Positions 50,462-62,713 are shown, counted from the first letter of the stretch. The stretch is DNA of 64,000 bases from Haliotis rubra (GCF_003918875.1 NW_025766114.1:1426001-1490000), one strand, 5' to 3'. Translations and numbers: made by a program. The notes: generated by a model from the sequence alone, not told the origin.

Positions 50462-50614
50462 CTGCTTATGGTGCCAAGTGGTAAAAGCGTTGGCCCGTCA
50501 CGAGTTCGATTCCTCACATGGGTACAATGTGTGAAGCTCATTTCTAGTGTCCCCTGCCGTGATATTACTGGAATATTGCTAATATTTAAGCGGCGTAAAC
50601 CCATACTCACTCAC
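50462..50614 (+). mobile_element. SINE family A with an internal deletion
   Basis: AAAGCGTTGGCCCGTCACGAGTTCGATTCC...GCGGCGTAAACCCATACTCACTCACT. Confidence 0.9.
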
Positions 50615-51011
50615 TAGTTTCTGGTGTGATATTATGCGAAATGATGTTGATAGTCACCCTTTTCTTCAACGTCGTATGCTATCACTAATGGTGCAAGCAA
50701 TAGGTATTGTATCATTGATCATTATGTTTTTATTGAAAAAAATCAATCCTGATAATAGTTGGTCAGTAAATGTTTCTCTGCTTTCACCAAACTGTAGAAA
50801 GTTCTTTGCACATCATGTACCGGCACTTTAATGTGAATTCAGGCACACAGGCTGATGATGTGGTAGAAACATTGTTTGGAAAGGGTTTTGTTGTTTTCAT
50901 CTACTATGATTTAATTTCAAATATTTTTATTTTGTTTCATTTCATTTATTGTAGGACAACAATTGGGTAGAATTTTCACATGTGTTACTTCTCCTCTGAT
51001 ACAGAGAGTTA

Positions 51012-51155
51012 CAGTAGGGTAGCCTCGTGGTTAAAGTGGTCGGTGTCATGCCAAAGATTCTAGTTCGATTCCCCACATGGTTACTATGTGTGAAGACCAA
51101 TTCTGGTGTCCCTGCTGTGATATTGATGGATTATTGCTAAAAGTGATGTAAAAAC
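51012..51155 (+). mobile_element. SINE family A, diverged
   Basis: GGGTAGCCTCGTGGTTAAAG...GTTCGATTCCCCACATGG...TTGCTAAAAGTGATGTAAAAAC. Confidence 0.87.
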
Positions 51156-51173
51156 AATGTTTGTGTTGTGACA

Positions 51174-51795
51174 TTAAAAGTAGTCCTTCGTATTTCTCAT
51201 GAGACCATTAAGTTTTGACCATAATCCAATAGAGACCTTAAAAGTAGTCCTTCGTATTCCTCATGAGACCATTAAGTTTTGACCATAATCCAATAGAGAC
51301 CTTAAAAGTAGTCCTTCGTATTCCTCATGAGACCATTAAGTTTTGACCATAATCCAATAGAGACCTTAAAAGTAGCCCTTCGTATTCCTCATGAGACCAT
51401 TAAGTTTTGACCATAATCCAATAGAGACCTTAAAAGTAGTCCTTCGTATTTCTCTTGAGACCATTAAGTTTTGACCATAATCCAATAGAGACCTTAGAGA
51501 AATAGGTCTTTGTTGATGTGAAACCATCAAATATTGACAATCTTCCAGTTGTGACCTTGAAAGCAATAGGCCTTAGTTTATAAGAAACCATCAAGTTTTG
51601 ATAATATTCCAATTGTGACATTAACAGCAATAGGCTTTTGTTCATATGAAACTATCAAATATTGACCACGTTCCCATTAGGACTTTATAGGCAAAAGGTC
51701 TTAGTTTATATGAAGCCATCGAGTTTTGATAATGTCCCAGTTATGACCTTAAAAGCAATATAGGTCTTCTTTAATATGCCACCATCTAGTTTTGA
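51174..51795. repeat. 64-bp tandem repeat: 5 homogeneous units, then ~5 degenerate units
   Basis: Unit TTAAAAGTAGTCCTTCGTATTCCTCATGAGACCATTAAGTTTTGACCATAATCCAATAGAGACC. Confidence 0.93.
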
Positions 51796-51877
51796 GCCTA
51801 TTTCTGGTGTCCCCCGCCGTGATATTGCTGGAATAGTGCTAAAAACGGCGTAAAACCATACTCAGTCAGTCAGTCAG
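51796..51877 (+). mobile_element. 5'-truncated SINE family A inserted in a degenerate satellite unit
   Basis: TSD TCTAGTTTTGA at 51785-51795 and 51878-51888. Confidence 0.92.
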
Positions 51878-53529
51878 TCTAGTTTTGACCATGTAACAAA
51901 TCCATGCAAACAAGCACTACATTACAGGGCTTAAATGAGGTGATGGGCATTAGTGTGTTTTGCCCATGTGCAAGAAGCAGGACTTAGTTTATGTGCCACC
52001 ACGAAGGTTGGCGCCATTGGCGTCACCATTACTACAGATTAGGCCATCAGGTTCTGTACTATTTCTTTGCAATTTCTATAATTTGTGCCCTTGTCCCGTT
52101 CACCCCATAAATTTAAAGCCACGTCCTACTTTCATTTCTCAAAGTGTTCCAAATGGATTATACAGCTTCACATCGGCTTAGCGTTCTCTCCAAATGGCTA
52201 AAACTCAGTGACATCTCTCCAACGAATGTCAAAATTTAAAGAAAGAAGAAAATAATGACAAAGAAATAAATGAATAATGGAAGGACAGAACAAAAGAGGG
52301 AGATAACGAAGGACCTTGGAATCCATAGAAAGATGATATCAAGGATATAAATTCTACTTTCGTTAATCAACAATCCCGTAAAGTGTCATTTTGACACTAA
52401 CTCTTAAATGGCCCTCACAATTTCTCTTAAACCAAATTGAAATTCCTCCTCAATTGTTATAAGAGTGTGAACACTACTGCAGCCCTATAAATGACTCCTC
52501 AAATTGAATTGAAATTTCACACCATTGTGATTAGAGAAATGAGAAATGGCCGTGTTTCATGTTTCCAAAGCCAACAAAAGTCATATTCCAACTCTGACGC
52601 TATAAACATGAACATGTTGTAACAATTACAGCCATCAACTGTCTCCAGTTAATTACAAACTCTAAACTCACATTAACCTGCTAGAAAAAAACAGTTAGAA
52701 TCTCATCTCAATTCAAATGACGGCAATTCCGCCAACCCATATTTTTCGAAAACGGTTTCAAAACTGTAACATTTAATAACATAGATACAAATCTGGAGGT
52801 TGTCATATTTTAAAAGCATATATGTCATACGTAAGTAATCCGTTCCTTGTTTCAGCTTCTACAACATCTAATACTGCAGCACCATGAGTATAAAGCCAAT
52901 ATATATCCTCCCTCTTCTCAAAGACCGAAATAAATGCCATCATTAGAATCAGGAAACCTTTCAGGCCACATGCAGGTCAGGTCTACATGGATAACCATCA
53001 TGGAATATTCGAATGAAGTGGAATACATTGCTTCTGGGAATAGAGTGTATATTGCATGCTTTATTGACAGCAATAAACGACTTATTGCTAAGGAAAATCT
53101 AATCAAACGGGGGAGTCTCTAATTCATTACGGATTGAAGGGTGCCCATAAAAAAGATATAGAAGCAGTGCTGGTATGCATTTCATGAGGCATCTTGATGC
53201 CCAGGTGACCTAGGTGGGCGAGAAGTTGGTCTTGCTTTGATATATTTCCGGAACAATGAAACGAGCGAACATGGATGAGGGTATATTGTATTTCATCACT
53301 GGAATAGACGAGGGACTGGTGAAATTGACATGTTATGTACATGTTATGTTTCATAGTAAATTAACATGAATCTATATGTTTTCAGAAAGAAATTTTCTGA
53401 GAGGGTATTCCTTGTTGGTTTAAAAAAATTGTGGACATTTTAAACTTAATTACTTTTGGGGTTGCTGTTGAAGCTGATGTCATCTGGGTAAAATATCCTG
53501 AGCAGTTATATTTGTTAGAGGAGATGAAG

Positions 53530-53960
53530 TGGTGTTTAACATCGTGTTACAATTTTATTGTGATGTGTAGGAATATATGTGCATGTGTGTGAGTGGCTGC
53601 TTGTTGGTTGGTTTGTTGGTTTGTTGTTTAACGCCGCACTCAGCAATATTCCAGCTATATGGCGGTGGTCTGTAAATAATCGAGTCTGGACCAGACAATC
53701 CAGTGATCAATAGCATGGGCATCAATCGACGCAATAGGGATACGATGGCATGTGTCAACCATGTCAGCAAGTTTGACCACCTGATCCCCTTAGTCGCTTC
53801 TTACGACAAGCATGGGTTACTGAAGACCAATTCTAACCCGGATCTTCCCGGGGGTTTGGCTGTTTGCCTGGTGCCGGCTAATGTCAGTGGTATGTGCTAG
53901 CACAATGGGATACCATGCCACAGATTTAATGTGAATAACCTTTTCAGATACAGTATACTA
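53530..53960 (-). mobile_element. Old SINE family C fragment split by a family B insertion
   Basis: GTTTAACATCGTG...GGCTGCTTG, then B, then ...GTGCTAGCACAATGGGATACCATGCCACAG; collinear with 6695-6860. Confidence 0.65.
53604..53856 (-). mobile_element. SINE-like family B, full length
   Basis: TSD TGGCTG(C/T)TTG at 53594-53603 and 53857-53866. Confidence 0.94.
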
Positions 53961-54534
53961 GTATACTACAGCCTCACAATATTCATAGGGTTCCTGGTGA
54001 CTTTGAAGGCTATCCATGTATTTCTCATCTTCAAACTCGACCAGCAGCAGTGTGGGCGTGTGTGAAAATTAGCATTAAAAAAAAATGAACAATATTTTCT
54101 TCATTAATTGTGAAACATATTTTTATCAAATTTTAAATTAAGATTACGGGGTAATAGTCTTTACATTAGTTAATGTTCGTGTCTCTTTGCTTCTGAAACA
54201 ATTTTGAACTGTCAATGAAGAAAGACCAACTTGACCAGGGGTTATTATGCATGTGCAAATAAAGCATCATAGCATAAATTTCCATACTGGTGGTGAAAAT
54301 TGAGAATACTTTATTATTTCACATCAGAATGAAAATTCAGGGCTGACAGGAGATGAGACACAAAGAAAAAAATACCAACAGAGTAACCTGGAATCCCCAA
54401 ACCTGATAACAAACATATTTACTTGTAGTAAATAATACATGCAGATGCTATATTTAAAAAGCAAATCTAACTGGACAAAGCAAAGGATCACTTATATAAG
54501 AATTAATTCGGTATTTTATAACTTGACTGAGCAT

Positions 54535-54755
54535 TGAATGAATGTGTTTGTATTTATACCGCTTTTAGCAATATTCCAGCAGTATCACAGCAATTACCAG
54601 AAATGGGCTTCACAGCAATTACCAGAAATGGGCTTCACAGCAAGAACCAGAAATGGGCTACCAGAAATGGGCTTTACACATTGTACCTATGAGGGAATCG
54701 AACCTGGGTCTTGGGTGAGCGAACGCTTTAACAACTAGGTTACCTCACTGCCCCC
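54535..54755 (-). mobile_element. SINE family A with an internal 4x tandem amplification
   Basis: ACCAGAAATGGGCT occurs four times between ~54596 and 54674. Confidence 0.9.
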
Positions 54756-54839
54756 TTAAGTAAACAACACACATCAGCTGTATAATTCATAGTGTTTCAT
54801 TCAAGATGGAGTGGGTCTTCGGCTGAAAAAGTGTAATCA

Positions 54840-55225
54840 TGGCTTGTCGTTATAGGGATCCATATGGTTGTAACCTCTCTCTCTTACATTGGATAAGCGA
54901 GAGTCACCTTCACTAAAGCTTTCATTCAAATACTTCCATGCACTACACATTCTTTCATCACCATCTTTTCCACCATAACACCAGCCTTTATAGCCAACAT
55001 TTACACATGCCACGGAGCCTTGTCCAGGATCTCTTAAGCTATTTTGAATTCTCTCCAGAAAACTCAAGTATCCACTCAATTCAAGAGTCTTGTGTTTGCT
55101 TCCTACCGAAATCGATCCGTCATTCTAATTGGTTCAGTTTAGTTCAACCGAGTCACACATGACAACCAGTTTGACCAAACACTACTTCCACATAATGAGG
55201 GTCTGGTGGGAAAAAGTAGCTTAAT
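54840..55225 (-). pseudogene. Decayed Penelope-like RT fragment
   Basis: Minus-strand remnants RPLI..GS, DT.SFLERIQN, VACV..Y and AWKYL, in PLE RT order. Confidence 0.4.
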
Positions 55226-55227
55226 AA

Positions 55228-56798
55228 GTGTCAGTCACCCTGTCACTTCCTGTATCATACTCAGTGTCAGTCACCCTGTCACTTCCTGTTTCATACTCAG
55301 TGTCAGTCACCCTGTCACTTCCTGTATCATACTCAGTGTCAGTCACCCTGTCACTCCCTGTATCATACTCAGTGTCAGTCACCCTGTCACTTCCTGTATC
55401 ATACTCAGTGTCAGTCACCCTGTCACTTCTTCCTGTATCATGTCTCCAGTCACCATGTCACTCCTGTATACTCAGTGTCAGTCACCCTGTCACTTCCTGT
55501 TTCATACTCAGTGTCAGTCACCCTGTCACTTCCTGTATCATACTCAGTGTCAGCCATCCTGTCACTTCCTGTAACATACTCAGTGTCAGTCACCCTGTCG
55601 CTTCCTGTAACATACTCAGTGTCAGTCACCCTGTCACTTCCTGTAACATACTCAGTGTCAGTCACCCTGTCACTTCCTGTATCATACTCAGTGTCAGTCA
55701 CCCTGTCACTTCCTGTAACATACTCAGTGTCAGTCACCCTGTCACTTCCTGTATCATACTCAGTGTCAGTCACCCTGTCACTTCCTGTATCATACTCAGT
55801 GTCAGTCACCCTGTCACTTCCTGTATCATACTCAGTGTCAGTCACCCTGTCACTTCCTGTAACATACTCAGTGTCAGTCACCCTGTCACTTCCTGTATCA
55901 TACTCAGTGTCAGTCACCCTGTCACTTCCTGTATCATACTCAGTGTCAGTCACCCTGTCACTTCCTGTATCATACTCAGTGTCAGTCACCCTGTCACTTC
56001 CTGTAGTGTCAGTCACCCTGTCACTTCCTGTAACATACTCAGTGTCAGTCACCCTGTCACTTCCTGTAACATACTCAGTGTCAGTCACCCTGTCACTTCC
56101 TGTATCATACTCAGTGTCAGTCACCCTGTCGCTTCCTGTATCATACTCAGTGTCAGTCACCCTGTCACTTCCTGTAACATACTCAGTGTCAGTCACCCTG
56201 TCACTTCCTGTATCATACTCAGTGTCAGTCACCCTGTCGCTTCCTGTATCATACTCAGTGTCAGTCACCCTGTCGCTTCCTGTATCATACTCAGTGTCAG
56301 TCACCCTGTCACTTCCTGTATCATACTCAGTGTCAGTCACCCTGTCACTTCCTGTATCATACTCAGTGTCAGTCACCCTGTCACTTCCTGTATCATACTC
56401 AGTGTCAGTCACCCTGTCACTTCCTGTATCATACTCAGTGTCAGTCACCCTGTCACTTCCTGTATCATACTCAGTGTCAGTCACCCTGTCACTTCCTGTA
56501 ACATACTCAGTGTCAGTCACCCTGTCACTTCCTGTAACATACTCAGTGTCAGTCACCCTGTCACTTCCTGTATCATACTCAGTGTCAGTCACCCTGTCAC
56601 TTCCTGTATCATACTCAGTGTCAGTCACCCTGTCACTTCCTCCTGCATCATACTCAGTGTCAGTCACCCTGTCACTTCCTGTATCATACTCAGTGTCAGT
56701 CACCCTGTCACTTCCTGTATCATACTCAGTGTCAGTCACCCTGTCGCTTCCTGTAACATACTCAGTGTCAGTCACCCTGTCACTTCCTGTATCATACT
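55228..56798. repeat. 36-bp satellite (~43 units)
   Basis: Unit GTGTCAGTCACCCTGTCACTTCCTGTA(T/A)CATACTCA. Confidence 0.98.
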
Positions 56799-56871
56799 CT
56801 TCATCATTTACTGACTGGAAAAACCTTAAACAACATCTCTGTCCCAACACAATGGCATACTAAAGAAGGAT

Positions 56872-57023
56872 NNNNNNNNNNNNNNNNNNNNNNNNNNNNN
56901 NNNNNNNNNNNNNNNNNNNNNNNNNNNNNNNNNNNNNNNNNNNNNNNNNNNNNNNNNNNNNNNNNNNNNNNNNNNNNNNNNNNNNNNNNNNNNNNNNNNN
57001 NNNNNNNNNNNNNNNNNNNNNNN
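56872..57023. other. Assembly gap
   Basis: N run. Confidence 0.99.
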
Positions 57024-58809
57024 CCCCTAGCCATTAACTATGAACAGTCCCTTAGTATATTCTTAAGTTGATTGGATACTTACTGATAAAATGAAATCAT
57101 ACCATATTAACCATATAAATAGTGTTGATGCAATAGGCACATACTGACAAAATTCTTTACCATTCCATTAGTAAAAATGCCAAAAGTGCATCTACTAAGA
57201 CTGTACATTTTTATACATATTATACCTATATTTTCGAAAAACAGAAAAACATAAAGTCTAAATACCGCTGAAGCAGTTATTAAAATCCACTTATCTCAGA
57301 ATATAACTTTAACTTGGTGATGAAAAATCTGCCTGTCTGTAAGTGCGTGGAGATCATAAAACATAAAGTAGAGAAATACCAACACCAAAATCCAAGATGG
57401 CTGCCAAATTTCAAAATGGCCACCACTGTGAGAAGACATTCACAGAATTAGCCATTACCTTAGTGTGGTTTAAATGTTCATTGTCATGCTGAGACTGATT
57501 TCTTAACTTTAAAAACCTCTCAGAAAATAAAGGGTGGACCCTTAAGTGGCCAAAAAATAACCATTTCATCAATCAATATGTGTAAACAGGCACACACTGA
57601 AAAGGCATGATCCTTATTCAAGTAACTGAACAGCAAGTGGGTGAGTGAGTGGGTGAATGGGTGGATGGGTGAGTGAGTGAGTGGGTAAGCTGGTGAGTGA
57701 GTGAGCGAGTGAGCGAGTGAGTGAGAGTCCTTCAACCTTACTTTTGTCACACAGTTTTAGGAAACATAACTCACCTCAGTATGTGTGTATCTGGAGAAAT
57801 TAGATATATGCTATTTTATCCTTTGACTTAACCTTAAAAATCAATTCAGATTTCTCATCCCAAAATCAAAGATTTTTCCTCAATTGTTGCCATGGGATTT
57901 CATGACAATGATCACGTTCCTCACATGGAAGGTTACAGCAGATGACAGCATGTGCACCAACACTGACAACACGTGTGTCAAACGTACAATCTACATGCAC
58001 AACAAACCATCAGACCACAGGGATGATACAAAACTGAGTGCCAAAAGTACGGTTGATGGACAACAGAAGCACCGTTGCCATAGTGCTGGATGTCCACAAT
58101 GGAACGCCACCTTCTGCATCCCCATTCAGAGCATCTTCATTTCCTGGAGCTACTCGTTATTACATACATGGGCAATAAACAAGTTTGGAAGGAACAGGCA
58201 GCATCTCACAACCCGTGGCGCCATATATCAGCACTGAGAGCCCCCATCAGCTAGTTGCCAACGGCACTCCCTTGCACCCGTTACTTCACACAAATGCGAA
58301 TGGCCGTGACCATGAAAGGCTCAACATAATGTCTTCACCTGAAAACCCATTCTCTTAAATTTGCTGGCAATCCTCACCAGAAGCACCATACAAAAATAAT
58401 TCCGCAGAATGTTACATCAACTGAACCAGCAATAAAGTTATTGCAATTATGATGTATTACGAGTAGGATCATCTCCTCGTCTCCTAAATAAACCATGAAC
58501 CTTTAATTTGCTTCTGGTTGCCTGGACAAGAACTGGAATCGACAGGGTAACTTGGTTCACATCTGCCTTTTCCAGTCCATCTGGTCACTCCTGACCTCAT
58601 AAATATTTATTACTCTCTCCTCAGTGCTTGACAACTGGCCTCCAGGAATGAGCAAACCACATCTGATGTAAGGTGTTGGGAGAGTGAGTGTGGGGATGTG
58701 GTGGAGATGTTGAGGATGGGAAGGGTTGAAAACACATTTGGAAGAATCTGTGGGAGGGAGGGGAGGGTGATTGGGTGAACGGATGTTGATTGTTGTTGTT
58801 GGTGAGGTA

Positions 58810-60085
58810 CTGGAAAGGATGGGTAGGGGAAGATATGATATGATGGTGGTTTAGTCCGGTGGTGATCTTGCTGATGAGCGGCTGGAAACAGGGAATTTGT
58901 GAAGGATGGGTAGGGGAAGATGTGACTAGATGGTGGTTTAGTCTGGTGGTGATCTTGCTGATGAGGGGCTGGAAACAGGGAATTTGTGAAGGATGGGTAA
59001 GGTAAGATGTGACAGGATGATGGTTTAGGCTGGTGGTGATCTTGCTGATGAGGGGCTGGAAACAGGGAATTTGTGAAGGATGGGTAGGGGAAGATGTGAC
59101 AGGATGATGGTTTAGTCTGGTGGTGATCATGCTGTTGAACGGCTGGAAACAGGGAATTCGTGAAGGTTGGGTAGGGGAAGATGTGACTAGATGGTGGTTT
59201 AGTCTGGTGGTGATCTTGCTGATGAGCGGCTGGAAACAGGGAATTTGTGAAGGATGGCTAGGGTAAGATATGACAGGATGATGGTTTAGTCTGGTGGTGA
59301 TCATGCTGAGGAGGGGCTGGAGACAGGGAATTTGTGACGGATGGTTAGGGGAAGGTGTGACTAGATGGTGGTTTAGTCTGGTGGTGATCTTGCTAACGAG
59401 GGGCTGGAGACAGGGAATTTGTGAAGGATGGCTAGGGGAAGATATGATATGATGTGGTTTAGTCTGGTGGTGATCTTGCTCAAGAGGGGCTGGAGACAGG
59501 GAATTTGTGAAAGATGGCTAGGGGAAGATGTGACTAGATGGTGGTTTAGTCTGGTGGTGATCTTGCTGATGAAGGGCTGGAGACAGGGAATTTGTGAAGG
59601 ATGGCTAGGGGAAGATATGATATGATGTGGTTTAGTCTGGTAGTGATCTTGCTGAAGAGGGGCTGGAGACAGGGAATTTGTGAAGGATAGCTAGGGGAAG
59701 ATGTGACTAGATGGTGGTTTAGGCTGGTGGTGATCTTGCTAATGAGGGGCTGGAGACAGGGAATTTGTGAAGGGTGGGTAGGGGAAGATGTGACAGGGTG
59801 GTGGTTTAGTCTGGTGGTGATCTTGCTGATGAGCGGCTGGAAACAGGGAATTTGTGAAGGGTGGGTAGGGGAAGATATGACAGGATGTGGTTTAGTCTGG
59901 TGGTGATCTTGCTGATGAGGGGCTGGAGACAGGGAATTTGTGAAGGATGGGTAGGGGAAGATATGACAGGGTGTGGTTTAGTGGTGGTTTAGTCTGGTGG
60001 GGTGGGAAGATGGTTTAGTCTGGTGGTGATCATGCTGATGAGGGGCTGGAAACAGGGAATTTGTGAAGGATGGGTAGGGAAGTCC
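58810..60085. repeat. ~87-bp satellite (~14 units) with degenerate relatives out to ~60580
   Basis: Unit GATGGTGGTTTAGTCTGGTGGTGATCTTGCTGATGAGGGGCTGGAAACAGGGAATTTGTGAAGGATGGGTAGGGGAAGATGTGACTA; 29-aa periodicity in ORF 58621-59304. Confidence 0.96.
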
Positions 60086-60451
60086 TGCTGATGTGAGGGC
60101 TTAAAAACACGCTCCGAACTAAAGAATGCAAAGGTAAGGGAAAAAGTCCCTGCGTGTGTTGCTGGTGGTGGTTGGTGATGATCCTGTTGATGAGAGGTGT
60201 TGAAAAATGGGAATTTGTGGAAGCAAAGGTTTGACTAAATTGCAGTTGCTGCTGGTGGAGAGATGATGATCTTGATGATATGAGGGGTTGACAGCAAATA
60301 GGGAATTATGGATGATGTTTTTTCTGGTGGAGTTGTATTCAATTTGCTGATGTTTAGGGATTATTAAAAGGGAATTCAGGAGAAAAGCGAATTCGGAAGA
60401 AAAATGGAATTCGAAAGAAAAAAGGACGGTGACGATTTAACTGAAAAACAA

Positions 60452-60508
60452 AGCGCCTGTGAGCAGCCTAGCTGGAACTCGGCGCTATATAAATAGATTA
60501 TAATATAA
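60452..60508 (+). mobile_element. Isolated L2-type 3' tail
   Basis: AAGCGCCTGTGAGCA...GGCGCTATATAAATAG, as in the tails of families E and F. Confidence 0.55.
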
Positions 60509-61412
60509 AAAAACAACTTGTTGCTGGCGGAGTCATGGTAAGCTTGCTGATGAGATGGGTTGAAAACAAAGGGAACTTTTTTAGGGAGGGTAAAAGAAGA
60601 GAAAGGAGATTAGGGTCGGAGAATCAACAAACAAACATGGAATCACAGATACTTTCTCTGAATGGCTCGTCCTAATGAAGAAGTTTTCAGCTCAGGATAT
60701 TGTCAACGTGTTCTGTTGGCGTTCGGTCATTATCTGAATTAGTTGTCAGGCTGCTAATACTGGTGAATTTGGGTTTATAAATAAACACAAGCTCTGCACT
60801 TACGTTCACAGCCCTAGTCTTAGGACATCTATTCAGACTTTGCCAACCTTTCTTGAGCAGCCTGGGATTTCATCTCGGCAAGAAATGTCAGGTGACATCA
60901 TGTTGTAGCCAGGCTGGCGATTACGTTTGCAAGATAATGTTCCTAAAAATGCAAGGTTTCTCCCCAAGTCTCTACACCGGAAGTGCCTTGTTGGTCGCCA
61001 TGGCAATACATTATCGCAAAATTCTCAACTAATTTCAGAAAATAATTTGAGCATCACTCAAACGAGATGACCTGATTGGCTCAGTAATGGAGTCAGAGTC
61101 AGGAATCATAATTAGGGATTCTGGAAGGTCTTATGAAACACTGTGGAGCCCAGCAACACATCATGGAGCATGGCATGTTTAGGTAATACCTTGTAACTAT
61201 TCTGGGGATCAATTTGGATGTTCCATTGTCAGTGTGTGTGTGTATATATATAGCTGATGTCAACAAAAATATTGGCTGCTGCTACGAGCACTTTCTTTCA
61301 TGGTGTTAGGAATGGTGAGTGAGTGAGTTTCAGGCTGAAATAATCCTCAACCAGTTAACCTCATAAGAGTATTATGGATCAGAAAGTCACCATACCTTGA
61401 TGGCATGGACTG

Positions 61413-62590
61413 GTGCTCACAATATCAATCATTGGATTGCTGTATTGACAGTTGCTCACAATATCTGTATTGTAATATTGACTGGACAGTAGCTCACAAT
61501 ATCAATCATTGGATTGTAATATTGACATGACAGTAGCTCACAATACCATTCACTGTATTGTAATATTGACATGACAGTAGCTCACAATATCAATCACTGG
61601 ATTGTAATATTGACGGTTGTTCACAATGATAATCACCGGATTGTACTATTGACAGTTGTTGACAATATCAACCACTGGATTGTAATATTGACATGACAGT
61701 TGCTTGCAATATCAATCACCGGATTGTAATATTGACAGTTGCTCACAATATCAACCACTGGATTGTAATATTGACATGACAGTTGCTCGCAATATCAATC
61801 ACTGGATCATAATATTGACAGTTGTTCACAATATCAATCACTGGATTGTAATATAGACAGTTGCTCACAATATCAATCACCGAATTGTAATATTGACAGT
61901 TGTTGACAATATCAATCACTGGATTGTAATATCGACATGACAGTTGCTCGCAATATCAATCACCGGATTGTAATATTGATAGTTGCTCACAATATCAATC
62001 ACTGGATTGTAATATTGACATGACAGTTGCTCGCAATATCAATCACCGGATTGTAATATTGATAGTTGCTCACAATATCAATCACTGGATTGTAATATTG
62101 ACAGTTGCGCACAATATCAATCACCGGATTGTAATATTGACAGTTGCGCACAATATGAATCATTGGATTGTAATATTGACATGACAGTTGCCCGCAATAT
62201 CAATCACCGGATTGTAATATTGACATGACAGTTGCTCGAAATATCAATCACCGGATTGTAATATTGTTAGTTGCGCACAATATCAATCACTGGGTTGTAA
62301 TATTGACAGTTGCGCACAATATCAATCACCGGATTGTAATATTGACAGTTGCGCACAATATCAATCACCGGATTGTAATATTGACAGTTGTTCAGAATAT
62401 CAATCACCGGATTGTAATATTGACAGTTGCGCACAATATCAATCACTGGATTGTAATATTGACAGTTGCGCACAATATCAATCACTGGATTGTAATATTG
62501 ACACGTCAGTTGTTGACAATATCAATCACTTGACTGGTATATTGACAGTTATTGACAATGTGAATCACTTGATTGCTATATTGACAGTTG
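61413..62590. repeat. 39/44-bp satellite (~28 units)
   Basis: Unit GACAGTTGC(T/G)CACAATATCAATCAC(T/C)GGATTGTAATATT, with or without CATGA. Confidence 0.96.
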
Positions 62591-62713
62591 TTTACATACA
62601 GATGGGGTAAATGAGGTTTAACGGACAGACATTGATTAAGTACAATTAGACATTGATTATAGTGTTTATGTGTCTAGAGTCAGATATGAATATTAACTTT
62701 CTAATACATTATA

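Noticed and set aside
55228-56863. 466-528 aa repeat ORFs resembling shell-matrix or ice-binding proteins
   Set aside because: They come from a perfect 36-bp DNA satellite with no synonymous-site bias, no signal peptide and no splice context.
57884-58345. Possible exon or 3'UTR-like unique sequence
   Set aside because: Weak acceptor on the minus strand, all frames close quickly, and the plus-strand ORF has no recognisable similarity.
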